Virus record (IMG/VR): IMGVR_UViG_3300045988_110327
Span: 18,057 to 82,056 of that record
Direction: 5' to 3' (one strand)
Source: a virus
Length of the DNA: 64,000 nucleotides
This document shows, piece after piece, positions 39,154 through 49,028 of the stretch. Position numbers and translations under genes: made by a program. Below the pieces are notes generated by a model that saw only the letters and a list, made by a program, of their open reading frames with translations, ran no database searches and was not told the DNA's origin. Position 1 is the stretch's first letter; every line of letters starts with the position of its first letter.

Positions 39154-39756
39154 TTAACTGTTGTATCCTTCTTTGATAATCGAATTTCTACCGGTAGATA
39201 CCGACTGTCGAAGATCGTCATGTACAGAATCTACCGTAGAATACTTGTTTCTGGTTGTAAAAATCACTTCCAGCATCTCCTTGTAATCACCTAAAGCCAC
39301 TTCGTATCTTGGATCCACTTTGGCTTTTCTTTCAGCCTCGGCATTACTTTTAGCCAGCTCTCGGTCGAGAAGATCTTCTTTGATTCGGTCAGCAATCATA
39401 TCAAGCTCTTTCTTGATTACTTCGCCGGCTGCCCGAAGTTGACCTTCTACGTCACCAAGCTGATCTTGGACGGTTCCTATTTCTTTCTTTAAACGATCGT
39501 ATTCGTTAATCATACCCATATCACCTGCATAACCAGAAAAGTCTTTGATTATTCTGGTCCCTTCTTTAAGAAGCTCAATAACTCGTCTTTTGCGTTCTCT
39601 GCTTATTAAAGACGGAAGACGATAATTCATATCCGCCACCGCCTTGTCGTGTATGGAGTTGATTAAAAACATCTCTCTTTCATCCCCTGCGAACTCAGTA
39701 AGAACCAAAAGGAACTTACTTATCAGGTATTCGTTTTCTTCTACGGTAAGTCTCAT
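39154..39756 (-). CDS. coiled-coil hypothetical protein (~200 aa; start set at MRLTVEEN)
   Basis: ORF track start 39909 overlaps DnaB-like gene by 139 nt; internal ATG at 39756 avoids most of the overlap. Confidence 0.5.
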   Translation of the reverse strand: MRLTVEENEYLISKFLLVLTEFAGDEREMFLINSIHDKAVADMNYRLPSLISRERKRRVIELLKEGTRIIKDFSGYAGDMGMINEYDRLKKEIGTVQDQLGDVEGQLRAAGEVIKKELDMIADRIKEDLLDRELAKSNAEAERKAKVDPRYEVALGDYKEMLEVIFTTRNKYSTVDSVHDDLRQSVSTGRNSIIKEGYNS

Positions 39757-39770
39757 ACGTTTCTTTTTTT

Positions 39771-40904
39771 TTAATATACTGACTGTCCTTCCTTTACCTC
39801 TTGTTCTTGATCTTGATTGTTCGTAACGTCTTCCACAGTATAGAGCTTGGGCGGCGTCGGCGGCTGGTTGGGGTTCACGAACTTCGTCCCTCCCTCCCCG
39901 TACATCCATCCATGCCCCGGCAGGATCTCTGGGTGGATTGTATTAGTAAGCTCTTCCATACTAACTTGCCTTACCTTCAGTATATGATGAAACACCAGTC
40001 CGGCTGTCCTGAATGATGTTTTGTTTTTAGTTTTAAACCGGTCAAGAGTCTGATACCAATCTTTTCCAAATATCATATACTTATCCAGCCCGTATCTGCG
40101 AGGATTATGCAAGCCTATCATTAACGTACATAGTTGTCCCAACGTATCAGATTGGTAAAAATCAGAAAGACGCGGAGGCTGCTCTTGGGGACTTTTTATC
40201 CGTCCTTCTATTTCTCTGTTGAATTGGGATATAATGAGAAAAAATATGTTTTTATACACTAATTTGGCTTCATTCATTACCGCCACCAAATCATCTATAG
40301 CCGACTTAGGATCCAATCCCATTCTTTTTATCAAAGCAATATGATCGACTTTAAATATTATAAGACGTTTGTCCTTGTGTCTGGTAGCTATATGATACAC
40401 AGCCGCCTCAAATTCTTTTACCGTACATGGAGCATCAATGTATATTATATTATTTCTGATTTCACCCTGAAGGATTTCAAACATCCTCATCTCTTCTACT
40501 GTATTAGAATCTTGCCTTCTTAATATTTCAGGAGCCCGCTTTTTCATATCCTGGCTCATCCTGCGAAGAAGAAGATCTTGAGGATTCATTTCGAACTCGC
40601 AATTGACAAGAAAATAATCTTCTGCTTGCGGGTTGATCATCGGATTCATCACATTTTCCAATATCTTTTGGGCCACATACGATTTACCCACAGATGGCCG
40701 AGCTCCTATGGCAATAGCATGCTGAGGGAAAATACCTCCAAGCAAAGCCTCATCAATATAATCGTATCCGGTTTTAGCGGGGATAAGCTCTCCCCGCCTG
40801 TATTTTAAGATATTATCATACGCCTCCTCCATAACCTGTTTAGAGGTTTTGAATATCCTTCTTATATCTATCCTATTTGCTATCTCCTCTTGCATTTTTG
40901 TCAC
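39771..40904 (-). CDS. DnaB-family (RecA-fold) replicative DNA helicase, 377 aa
   Basis: Walker A IGARPSVGKS following ...GYDYIDEALLGGIFPQHAIA, typical of DnaB C-terminal domain. Confidence 0.6.
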   Translation of the reverse strand: MTKMQEEIANRIDIRRIFKTSKQVMEEAYDNILKYRRGELIPAKTGYDYIDEALLGGIFPQHAIAIGARPSVGKSYVAQKILENVMNPMINPQAEDYFLVNCEFEMNPQDLLLRRMSQDMKKRAPEILRRQDSNTVEEMRMFEILQGEIRNNIIYIDAPCTVKEFEAAVYHIATRHKDKRLIIFKVDHIALIKRMGLDPKSAIDDLVAVMNEAKLVYKNIFFLIISQFNREIEGRIKSPQEQPPRLSDFYQSDTLGQLCTLMIGLHNPRRYGLDKYMIFGKDWYQTLDRFKTKNKTSFRTAGLVFHHILKVRQVSMEELTNTIHPEILPGHGWMYGEGGTKFVNPNQPPTPPKLYTVEDVTNNQDQEQEVKEGQSVY

Positions 40905-41151
40905 CTTTCGTATCCGATTTGGATCCCCTATTAGCTTTTACTGATTTATACCTAAGACCGTTCTTGGTATGAGAACAATCCTTGCCTTTCCTCCAGCTTT
41001 TGCCCTTCTTCTTGTCCGTTTCGTAGTTTTTACGACCAAGCTCCCGGCGTTTGGCTTTCTGTTCCGGTCTGGCATTTATCTCCTTGTCCTTTTTAGCCTT
41101 TTTCTTCCTGGCTTCGGGATGAGTCCTGTAGTACTCTGTCGATCTACCCAT
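40873..41151 (-). CDS. very basic Lys/Arg-rich small protein (92 aa), DNA-binding candidate
   Basis: K/R about 40 percent. Confidence 0.5.
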   Translation of the reverse strand: MGRSTEYYRTHPEARKKKAKKDKEINARPEQKAKRRELGRKNYETDKKKGKSWRKGKDCSHTKNGLRYKSVKANRGSKSDTKGDKNARGDSK

Positions 41152-41203
41152 GTGCTTATATTTTTTTTGATTAATAATAGCACAAAGATAGGCAATTCGC
41201 GCC

Positions 41204-41770
41204 CTATTTCAATCTGCCGTAACTCATATCAGGATCACACCAGACATACCCGTCTTTCTCATCATGAAGATACTCAGGGCATCCTCTGCATGCGCTACTG
41301 CCTGACACTATTTGGTTGTTCTTATTAGGGCACTTATCTCCAGGCTTATGCCATTCTATTCTCGAACCTGATCGTTCTTTGTTTACATGACAGAACTGAA
41401 AGACTTTTCCCATCGTCTTCTCGCCGAACATACCTATATGTGTGTATTCTTCCGGTATAGATAGAAATTCGGATAAATCTTTATACATCCTTTCCTGTTC
41501 TTCCGGCGTAGACCACAGTCTGTCAAGTTCGGCATGGACTCTTATTTTAAGAGACCTTAGTGATGGGCCCGCAAGCCGGCCTTTAGCTTTTCCCTTATTC
41601 GGCCCTGATTCATGAACACCGACATAAGCGTTGCATGGTTTACACATCATAACCATCCCTAAGCCTTTTCTGCTATATATTTTATCGGCATTGACCAACT
41701 CGGTTTCTCTTCCGCAATAAGGGCAAATTTCGCCTCTTAAAATCCGTTGTTGCTGCACATTGAGTTCCAT
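41204..41770 (-). CDS. zinc-ribbon protein (CPYCG...CKPC; CRGC at C-terminus), 188 aa
   Basis: Two Cys pairs N-terminal, CxxC C-terminal. Confidence 0.55.
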   Translation of the reverse strand: MELNVQQQRILRGEICPYCGRETELVNADKIYSRKGLGMVMMCKPCNAYVGVHESGPNKGKAKGRLAGPSLRSLKIRVHAELDRLWSTPEEQERMYKDLSEFLSIPEEYTHIGMFGEKTMGKVFQFCHVNKERSGSRIEWHKPGDKCPNKNNQIVSGSSACRGCPEYLHDEKDGYVWCDPDMSYGRLK

Positions 41771-42012
41771 ACTCTATCCTTTTGCTTCTCTTTAAACTTT
41801 TCATACAAACTGCTTTCAGTTTCCATTTCCGAGATCTCCACCTCTACGTCCTCTCTTTTGAAAATTACTTTCTTGGCTGTAGGATACGCACATTTAGAGA
41901 TACGAATAGCATTACGAATAGCGTAAACAAAATACGTTTCTGGTGATGATTCGATCACCACTACCTCGTTTAAAGTGTTTTTATAATTTTCCATGTTATC
42001 TACTTGCTTCAA
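41737..42012 (-). CDS. hypothetical protein, 91 aa
   Basis: ORF. Confidence 0.5.
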   Translation of the reverse strand: MKQVDNMENYKNTLNEVVVIESSPETYFVYAIRNAIRISKCAYPTAKKVIFKREDVEVEISEMETESSLYEKFKEKQKDRVWNSMCSNNGF

Positions 42013-42349
42013 TTACATACCCTGGATTATCTTCACATGCCTCTTTGTATTCGATAAGAAACTTAAGAAATGAATCATAAGACCCCCATCCATTTTCTGG
42101 TTCGTATCTCAAAAGACTCTTTCTCTTGGATATCATAATATATATACCTTTTGTGAGTATCTTCGCCATCTCTTTGGTATCTATTTCCCTACCCAATTCT
42201 TCCGGTCTCCAAACATAATCGTACAGCGTTTCTTTATTTTCTGATACGAATATTTTTTGTGCCATCTTGTTCATGTTGTGGGTGATGTTTGTAACCCATT
42301 TACGATTCTCTTCTTTCTTCTTGCTCTTAATATAAACGTCCAGGCTCAT
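41996..42349 (-). CDS. hypothetical protein, 117 aa
   Basis: ORF. Confidence 0.55.
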   Translation of the reverse strand: MSLDVYIKSKKKEENRKWVTNITHNMNKMAQKIFVSENKETLYDYVWRPEELGREIDTKEMAKILTKGIYIMISKRKSLLRYEPENGWGSYDSFLKFLIEYKEACEDNPGYVIEASR

Positions 42350-43340
42350 AATATTTTTCTTTTACTTTATTATTAATTATCAAATCTGCCACATCATCTC
42401 CGTCCCCTACATTCTCAACACTCTGAAGATAGTCCGATACTTTTATCCTTGACTTCATCATCATCCCATCTATCTTTTTACTCCATGTGTCAAATGCTTG
42501 TCCTTTGTCCGGAAAAGCTACAGTCTTTCTATCTTTTAAAACATCTATCACTTCCGGTCTTAAGTTCTGCAACCCACCGGTAGCTACAAACAACTCATCT
42601 GGTTTATTCACGGCGCATATAATAGCCGTCTTTTCTGACTCCACCAAATTAACTACCTTATCTGGATACTGGCTTAGAAGATGTTCTCCAAACAGGCATT
42701 GTCTAAACAAGAAGTCTCTTGCATGCAACGAGTGATAAAACATAACATGAGGCCGCTCATTGTCACCGTCTTTTTCCTTCACTCTTTTTACATCAATCTC
42801 ATTCCCCTGGCTGTCGGTCTTTATATAAAAATCCATAATCTTGCCGGTTCTACATACAAAGTCCTTATCTATCTGCCAGAATATACAACACCCCTTCCAT
42901 CCCCATAAGTCCATTGTTCCAACATGATACCTTCTAAATACGTCAGATACCCTTTCTTTTCCCCATAGAGACGATAAAAATCTAAATACGGTGTTTCTAT
43001 CGTCTGGAACTACAGTCCTCTCAAACTCGCTAAAAGGTATGTAATTTACAACGTCAGGATTTACAGGAGGACGATAAGCTCTTATGCACTTATTTCCCGA
43101 AATCCAAAGATCTTTGTCACCTACATCCTTGCCGGTAGGTCGTTTATCATAACCGCAAGTTCGTTCATGATCGCATCTTCCAAACTCATTGCCAACGACC
43201 TGACCGGTCGCCACATCAATATAAGGGGTAAGGCACCGGCTTTTCCCGCAAGCCGGGCAGGTTAGCTTCAGTCGGCTCCTGCCAGGCCTGCGGTCAAGTT
43301 GAAACCGAGGTACGTTTTCGTATTTTCTAAAATCAAGCAT
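42327..43340 (-). CDS. putative DNA primase (N-terminal zinc-binding CPACG...CDHERTC + TOPRIM-like core)
   Basis: Zn-finger spacing as in DnaG-type primases; ESEKTAIICAV acidic motif; located with helicase genes. Confidence 0.5.
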   Translation of the reverse strand: MLDFRKYENVPRFQLDRRPGRSRLKLTCPACGKSRCLTPYIDVATGQVVGNEFGRCDHERTCGYDKRPTGKDVGDKDLWISGNKCIRAYRPPVNPDVVNYIPFSEFERTVVPDDRNTVFRFLSSLWGKERVSDVFRRYHVGTMDLWGWKGCCIFWQIDKDFVCRTGKIMDFYIKTDSQGNEIDVKRVKEKDGDNERPHVMFYHSLHARDFLFRQCLFGEHLLSQYPDKVVNLVESEKTAIICAVNKPDELFVATGGLQNLRPEVIDVLKDRKTVAFPDKGQAFDTWSKKIDGMMMKSRIKVSDYLQSVENVGDGDDVADLIINNKVKEKYYEPGRLY

Positions 43341-43683
43341 TTTTAATTCCTCTCATTGCTTCTATGATTCTATCTGCTATAGTTATAGACCATGACACCA
43401 CATCCGGTACATATACTCCGCAATCTATTTCACCTTTTCTATTTTGTGCTTTAATAAACTCAATAGAATAAGCCTTAACAAGATCGAATCTACGTTGCTC
43501 CCAGTCTACATCTTTGTTTTCATCATCCACAGGAAGGGTATCGAGATAAAAATTTAAACTCTCACTTATCACACTCCCATTATTACCATAGAACTGTATT
43601 CTGTCATGGTCGCTTCTTGTAGTTGAGCTACTAAAGGTGATTACGTCTATTATCTCTCCTGTTTTTCTAATTTTTCTCTTCAT
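43333..43683 (-). CDS. hypothetical protein, 116 aa
   Basis: ORF. Confidence 0.55.
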   Translation of the reverse strand: MKRKIRKTGEIIDVITFSSSTTRSDHDRIQFYGNNGSVISESLNFYLDTLPVDDENKDVDWEQRRFDLVKAYSIEFIKAQNRKGEIDCGVYVPDVVSWSITIADRIIEAMRGIKNA

Positions 43684-43913
43684 ACTCTTCTTGTATTTCT
43701 GACCAGTATAGGCATTATTGTTTCAACGGTCTTGCCATATTTCTTATGAGATGCAAGTACGCATATTGCATATTTATCTCCTATTCTCAAATCTTTCGAT
43801 AATCTTAATCTCGAACCCCTTTCGATATTAATAAAATAATCACCAAAAGGATTGATATGTATCGGTTTTACGATTTCCACATAATCTCCTTTAGGAATAA
43901 CAATATCGCTCAT
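43680..43913 (-). CDS. hypothetical protein, 77 aa
   Basis: ORF; ATGA-type overlaps. Confidence 0.5.
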   Translation of the reverse strand: MSDIVIPKGDYVEIVKPIHINPFGDYFINIERGSRLRLSKDLRIGDKYAICVLASHKKYGKTVETIMPILVRNTRRV

Positions 43914-45238
43914 ATTACGAATCTTTTAGACATTTCCTCTGCAATATCATATACAACCGTATGATCTTCTTCATTGTACGGCTTATTGATATTCAACACT
44001 CCTTTTCTCACTTTGAACTTCTTATCTTTTCTAAGGTGATTCAACATACCTTGTTGGAACACACAGTCCGCCTTTTCAAGTGCCACACTGTCTTCTGTCC
44101 ATTCTTTCAGCGTATATCCTTTACTGCTCGTGCTTTTTGGAGAAAAGTTCATAATACGTGCATCAATGCCATACCATGCTTTAACCATTCTTCTTTCAGC
44201 TTCCAATTGGAATGCATATGATTCCCATATTCCTCCCGATTTAAAGTCAAGAATGACCACTTCTTCTTTTTCCACTTCTCTTACTTCCTTCTTCGGATCA
44301 CCTTTTTTGAACTGTCCGGTAGCCCTTTGATATACGGCTCCAAAATAACCTTCTTCTTTGTATTTGAATGTCATTTTAACCATCGCATCAATAGGTGTTG
44401 CTACAAGGTAATCCTCTAAAGAAAGGATTCTTTCTATCATCATCGGTTTCACCTTGTAATCAGAACAGAATTTGGCAAACTTCATGACCCTGACAATCAT
44501 ATCGTCAAGATCATCTATGCTATTAAAGAACCGATCAAGATTTTTCTTAGATATCTTCAGCTTGCCTTCTTGCACTGTCTTAACTACAAAGCTTCGATTT
44601 AAGACCATATCTCTACCTGTTAGGTACAATCCGTATAAGTAGTGCATGATCGTTCCCTTATCGGCTTCATACTGCGCTACCTCTTCTGGATTGCGACCAA
44701 GCATCTTCATCTCTTGCTTCCATTCCTGAAGTGCCGTCTTATCATCTACATACCCATCTTTGATTAAAGTTGTTACCGAAGCATATATCTTAGCCGTCCC
44801 ATCATCCATCTTTCTTACATAAAAACGATTATCGTCTAATGTCAATCTTACGAATTTGGGTGTCTCAATCTTCTTCAACTCATCACAGATATAAAACGGC
44901 TCTAACGTTTCCTGGTTTTCTGTAAACGGATTCGAGTCTTCTTCTCCAGGGTTAGGAGCGGCTTCCTCCGCCGGAGCTTCCGGTTCCTCCTTCTGGGCCT
45001 GCTCTGGCTCAGAAGCCGGCTCTTCAACTACTGGAACCTGTCCGCCTCTTTCTGCTATGTCTCTGTTCTTTATTAAAGACATAGCTTCCTTTTTTAATTG
45101 CTCCGGTGTTTGATTAGGATCTGATACTGACATCACAACATCGTTCATTCTAAACAACGTATTTCCTTCTCCTTCCACCATAGGTACAAACCCTAAATCT
45201 ATTAATATTTTAATCTTTTCTTCTATCATATCTATCAA
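43910..45238 (-). CDS. PD-(D/E)XK family nuclease (YqaJ/lambda-exo-like) with acidic Pro/Glu-rich N-terminal linker, 442 aa
   Basis: Motifs ASVTTL, TIMHYLY, ILDFKSG...YAFQLEAE. Confidence 0.55.
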   Translation of the reverse strand: MIDMIEEKIKILIDLGFVPMVEGEGNTLFRMNDVVMSVSDPNQTPEQLKKEAMSLIKNRDIAERGGQVPVVEEPASEPEQAQKEEPEAPAEEAAPNPGEEDSNPFTENQETLEPFYICDELKKIETPKFVRLTLDDNRFYVRKMDDGTAKIYASVTTLIKDGYVDDKTALQEWKQEMKMLGRNPEEVAQYEADKGTIMHYLYGLYLTGRDMVLNRSFVVKTVQEGKLKISKKNLDRFFNSIDDLDDMIVRVMKFAKFCSDYKVKPMMIERILSLEDYLVATPIDAMVKMTFKYKEEGYFGAVYQRATGQFKKGDPKKEVREVEKEEVVILDFKSGGIWESYAFQLEAERRMVKAWYGIDARIMNFSPKSTSSKGYTLKEWTEDSVALEKADCVFQQGMLNHLRKDKKFKVRKGVLNINKPYNEEDHTVVYDIAEEMSKRFVI

Positions 45239-45728
45239 TTATTTCAATAATCAACCTACCTCTTTCCTTGATCATTCCTCTGCTTTCCATATCCAGTACC
45301 TTCTTTACCGCATACTTCCACACAAAAGGAAATTCTGTTTCAAGTTTATCAAATTCCATCCGGTCAAGATACATGTCGAATACCGTATGCTCCGATTCAT
45401 GAAGGAAAACTATATTATCCCTGCAAGTAGCAACCGACTTATATATCCTTTTCGGAAGTATGTGACAGACGTTACATACTGTAGGAAAATGAATAGCTTT
45501 ACCAGTCATAGACATTCGAATAGTACTCAACTCCTCCAACATAAGACGAAAAAACCCGGATAAATCCGGGTTCTCTAACTTTTTCTTCTTGCTGCTGTTT
45601 TTAATGGATGTAATTCTGTCTTTTTTCTTCGGAGTCAACTCTTTGCTCCTGCAAGCCTGGCATAAGCCATGACTTCTCATCATCACTTTTCGTCCACATC
45701 TTTTGCAGACGTACAATTTCTTTTCCAC
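45210..45728 (-). CDS. zinc-ribbon / HNH-like nuclease candidate, 172 aa
   Basis: CKRCGRK...CQAC and CNVCHILPKR...N...H...H. Confidence 0.45.
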   Translation of the reverse strand: MEKKLYVCKRCGRKVMMRSHGLCQACRSKELTPKKKDRITSIKNSSKKKKLENPDLSGFFRLMLEELSTIRMSMTGKAIHFPTVCNVCHILPKRIYKSVATCRDNIVFLHESEHTVFDMYLDRMEFDKLETEFPFVWKYAVKKVLDMESRGMIKERGRLIIEIIDRYDRRKD

Positions 45729-45913
45729 TTTTTATACTTCAATACAAGTGATATAATCGAAAAGGATACTGCCGTTAAAGATAACGTATATGGTACGTTC
45801 ATTAACCATCTTGGCACTTCTTCTGTCTTGATCACTATCAGCAAAGTAGCACCTGCTACTACCAATAATACAATTGCCATCGCAAGTGCTACACGGGAAA
45901 CAACATCACTCAT
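45683..45913 (-). CDS. small two-TM membrane protein, 76 aa (uncertain)
   Basis: Two hydrophobic helices; overlaps neighbour by 46 nt. Confidence 0.35.
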   Translation of the reverse strand: MSDVVSRVALAMAIVLLVVAGATLLIVIKTEEVPRWLMNVPYTLSLTAVSFSIISLVLKYKKWKRNCTSAKDVDEK

Positions 45914-46376
45914 CAGTTTTCTTTTCTCCCAATTTTTCTACACCTTTTTGCAGATCGTATTTAAATACTTCAATGATTTTCGTTTCTGCAATAGACTCGC
46001 AATTCCAGTCGCCCAACGTACCTTGCATCCCCTTAGTTAACACAGCCTCAGCATCTTTTGGATTGCCGGCCTGGACATACATATAGCATGGCGTTTTCTT
46101 TTCTTTACCTTTCTTTTCATCCAGTGTAATGTAATTAACCTTACACTTATACCAGTACTCAGCTTCTCCGTTGAAGAAGATTTCCGACACTTTAATAGGG
46201 TTAATTTTTACAACCTCGAAAGAATTGCACAAATATTTAAAGATTTCCAACGATCTTGATTCCGCCTCTGTATAAGAAAAGGCATCTACCAAATACTTTT
46301 CAGTTACTTTCTTTTTTTTGCCGTTCTCGATATTATCAATCTCGGCTTTTACCGTAATTTCAAACCAGCGATTCAT
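45906..46376 (-). CDS. DUF4494-like protein (family common in Bacteroidales and crAss-like phages)
   Basis: MNRWFEITVKAEIDNIENGKKKKVTEKYLVDAFSYTEAE...EAEYWYKCKVNYITLDEKKGKEKK duplicated-module pattern. Confidence 0.55.
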   Translation of the reverse strand: MNRWFEITVKAEIDNIENGKKKKVTEKYLVDAFSYTEAESRSLEIFKYLCNSFEVVKINPIKVSEIFFNGEAEYWYKCKVNYITLDEKKGKEKKTPCYMYVQAGNPKDAEAVLTKGMQGTLGDWNCESIAETKIIEVFKYDLQKGVEKLGEKKTDE

Positions 46377-46387
46377 TGTATTAATAT

Positions 46388-46663
46388 TTAATTAGTTGAT
46401 TTCTTTCCTTTCTCTATACTGTTTTTAAATCTTTCAGAACACCACTGCAAAACGTCCATCATCATCATCTCATTATTAGATAAGATACCTTTTATAACTA
46501 ACGCCAATTGATGCTGTGACATTCGTTGGCTCATATCAAATCTTCTTTCCTCTTCATTTACTATCGTAGCCACGAAATACTTACACCCCTCCAAATGTGT
46601 TAGGGCTTCAATCATGGCTTCTTTAATCTCTTTTTCTTCCATCCTGTTTGTTTTTTTGGACAA
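46388..46663 (-). CDS. hypothetical protein, 91 aa
   Basis: ORF. Confidence 0.5.
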   Translation of the reverse strand: MSKKTNRMEEKEIKEAMIEALTHLEGCKYFVATIVNEEERRFDMSQRMSQHQLALVIKGILSNNEMMMMDVLQWCSERFKNSIEKGKKSTN

Positions 46664-46719
46664 AGATATGTCTTTTGATAATAAAAAAGATTTTAAATAA
46701 CTTAATTTAGCTTATTTTT

Positions 46720-47385
46720 TTACTCTTCTGGCTCAACTGGTATGGACATGTTGAACTTTTTCCTGATAAATACCTCTGTTTCTTCATTAAACAGATAAGC
46801 CTCCTTAATGAAATTCATAGCCACCTCCATGTCGCCATCTGCTATATCCTTATACCTCTCAAAGATGCCAACCATGTCGTTGTTATATGAACGCTCTTGT
46901 TTTATATTGTACACGTATTTCAATACCCTATCTTTGATTTCATTGGCTTTTTTCACGGTGTCATTGAAGGTATTTATACTTGTCAATTCAGGGTTTTTAT
47001 TTTTCTCATTTATCTTATTAAACTCTTCCTCGCTATATCCTGTTTCTCCTTTAACAGCCGGGCAAACACCCTCCTTCATGATCCAAAACTGTTCATACGA
47101 TCCTGCCAGATATCTCGATTCTGTTTTAAATGCATTATACTTGACAAGCAAATTGGCCACCTCAGTTGCACCTTCTATGGTTCTAAAACCGATGCCGATA
47201 TCTTTTAATACAAATAATGGAACTCCTGTTTTGGGGTACGAGATTTCTTTTTTGTTCTTTATATTCCAGTTTTTAGCTTCAATTGGAATACCTTTATTAG
47301 CAAGCTCTTTGTCTATATACAGACTTATGTCTTCGTCTGTCAATGCCGTAATCTCATCTCTGCTTAAATCAAAAACTGTTTTCAT
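46720..47385 (-). CDS. hypothetical protein, 221 aa
   Basis: ORF. Confidence 0.6.
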   Translation of the reverse strand: MKTVFDLSRDEITALTDEDISLYIDKELANKGIPIEAKNWNIKNKKEISYPKTGVPLFVLKDIGIGFRTIEGATEVANLLVKYNAFKTESRYLAGSYEQFWIMKEGVCPAVKGETGYSEEEFNKINEKNKNPELTSINTFNDTVKKANEIKDRVLKYVYNIKQERSYNNDMVGIFERYKDIADGDMEVAMNFIKEAYLFNEETEVFIRKKFNMSIPVEPEE

Positions 47386-47585
47386 TTTTCTTTATTTATT
47401 AAATTAAACAACTTACTTCTTTGTTCAGGCTCCGTATATTCCACCCATATATCGGCCGCCACATTTCTAAGAAATTCCATAAAGTCTTGATGATCCCTGT
47501 ATTCAGTAGAATCGACTTTTCTCACAAAACTTAGAATTTCCTTTAACATCTTATTGTTTTCTTCAAGAAGTTCTCTGTCAGTCAT
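47382..47585 (-). CDS. hypothetical protein, 67 aa
   Basis: ORF, 4 nt overlap. Confidence 0.5.
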   Translation of the reverse strand: MTDRELLEENNKMLKEILSFVRKVDSTEYRDHQDFMEFLRNVAADIWVEYTEPEQRSKLFNLINKEK

Positions 47586-47604
47586 AACCTTTCAAATTTT
47601 CTTC

Positions 47605-47841
47605 TTAAGGTGTTGACGCTTCACAGCTCCGACTACCGCCGACAACTCCACGTCCCCTTCCATTGTTACCCGAAAGATCTTCTTCTGTTAAAGAAAAAGA
47701 CATAGTTAATGTAGGAGTATCCTTAAAATACCAATCACATAATTCTTTTAACTCTTTACGTTCATCCTCGTTTTTACATTTATGGATGGTAAGGTAATTC
47801 ATTCTTTCCTCTTTTTCTTTGTCTGTTAAATCTTTTTTCAT
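47605..47841 (-). CDS. hypothetical protein, 78 aa
   Basis: ORF. Confidence 0.5.
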   Translation of the reverse strand: MKKDLTDKEKEERMNYLTIHKCKNEDERKELKELCDWYFKDTPTLTMSFSLTEEDLSGNNGRGRGVVGGSRSCEASTP

Positions 47842-47872
47842 AACTCTAATTTTTAAAAGTGAATAATTAATT

Positions 47873-47914
47873 GATTTATAAAAAGAAAGCGGTGATAAAC
47901 TAAGTTACCACCGC
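47873..47914 (-). terminator. rho-independent terminator of the moron unit (AAGCGGUG-13 nt loop-CACCGCUU then UCUUUUUAUAAAU on minus strand)
   Basis: 8 bp perfect stem; U-rich tail in minus orientation; 24 nt after lipoprotein stop. Confidence 0.5.
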
Positions 47915-47937
47915 TTTTACTATCATATTGTTTCGTA

Positions 47938-48333
47938 TTACTTTATTTTGTACATTGAGAAATCTTCAAAATCACCAGATATACAATCAAGTTTCAGCCA
48001 ACCTTCTGACGCCTTTACATCATAAACAATAGGTGGCTCAGGGTCACTATCAAATACAATGACTAACCTCATTGTATTTTTATCAAAAGAGTATGTGAAA
48101 GGATCTGGGCTTTTCTTTTTGCCTTCATTGTAATATACAGTCATTACGCCTGTATCGTCATTATAAAATGTGAGTTCGAAAAATTCATCTGCGGGGAATT
48201 GCTCTCCCCATGAACCTATTAATATGCTGTTATTGTCATTATTCACATTATCATCGTTACACGAAAATGTGAATAAAAGTAGCAAGGTTAATAATATATG
48301 TAGTACTTGTTTCATGTTATTGTTAAAATTCAT
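47938..48333 (-). CDS. lipoprotein with Bacteroidota-type surface export signal (…LLLLFTFSC-NDDNVNND); likely start at Met7 (48315)
   Basis: Signal peptide + Cys, acidic residues right after Cys (LES-like). Confidence 0.6.
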   Translation of the reverse strand: MNFNNNMKQVLHILLTLLLLFTFSCNDDNVNNDNNSILIGSWGEQFPADEFFELTFYNDDTGVMTVYYNEGKKKSPDPFTYSFDKNTMRLVIVFDSDPEPPIVYDVKASEGWLKLDCISGDFEDFSMYKIK

Positions 48334-49028
48334 ATCCTACCTTTATACTAAATCCGTTCATGTCACCACTTCCATCTCCCCATTCTTCATCAAATGATAC
48401 CTTTTGTATAGAATATCCTATACCTAAATTAACAGCTTGTTTTTTAGTAGTCATAAACCGTACACCAATAAAAGGGTTACAATACAATCCACCTTTTTTT
48501 TGCATGTCTTGGTGCTTCTTTAGTATTGAACTTATACCCTATTCTTAATGCAATAAAAGGTGATATCGGACCATTTAAGGCATATCCTCTCACATCAGCA
48601 AATATAGGTATGCTTACTGTTGAATAATCGGTCATATAGTGTATGCCGGTTCCACCTCCTACAAATAAATACTGATTGATTTGGCTTCCATACGTGAAAT
48701 ATAATTCTGGACCTTTGTATCCACCTGCCCAGTATCCAAGATCAATCATAAATCTACTCCCTGTCAAATCGTACTTTTCATTGGATATCTTAAATGGAAT
48801 TTTAGATTCTTTCTCTTCTTTGGTTATTTTACTGATATCTTCCATAGGGTACACAAACGTACTACCATCAGAAGTGCGAATAGTAATTTGCTTGTCTGGT
48901 ATCTGCTCGATAATAACCCCTTTTATAACACTTCCATTTTTTAAATGAATAGCTTCAACCATTTTGTTCTGTGAGTAAGCGCATACACTACCCAATAGAA
49001 CAACTAACAATAATAGATACTTTTTCAT
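48323..49028 (-). pseudogene. outer-membrane beta-barrel protein (signal peptide MKKYLLLLVVLLGSVCAYSQ; C-terminal ...SIKVGYEF) split into two ORFs by a frameshift in a poly(A) run
   Basis: ORFs 48477..49028 and 48323..48505 overlap in different frames across a homopolymer (~48494-48502); removing one A gives a continuous ~240 aa barrel ending in canonical terminal Phe. Confidence 0.55.
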
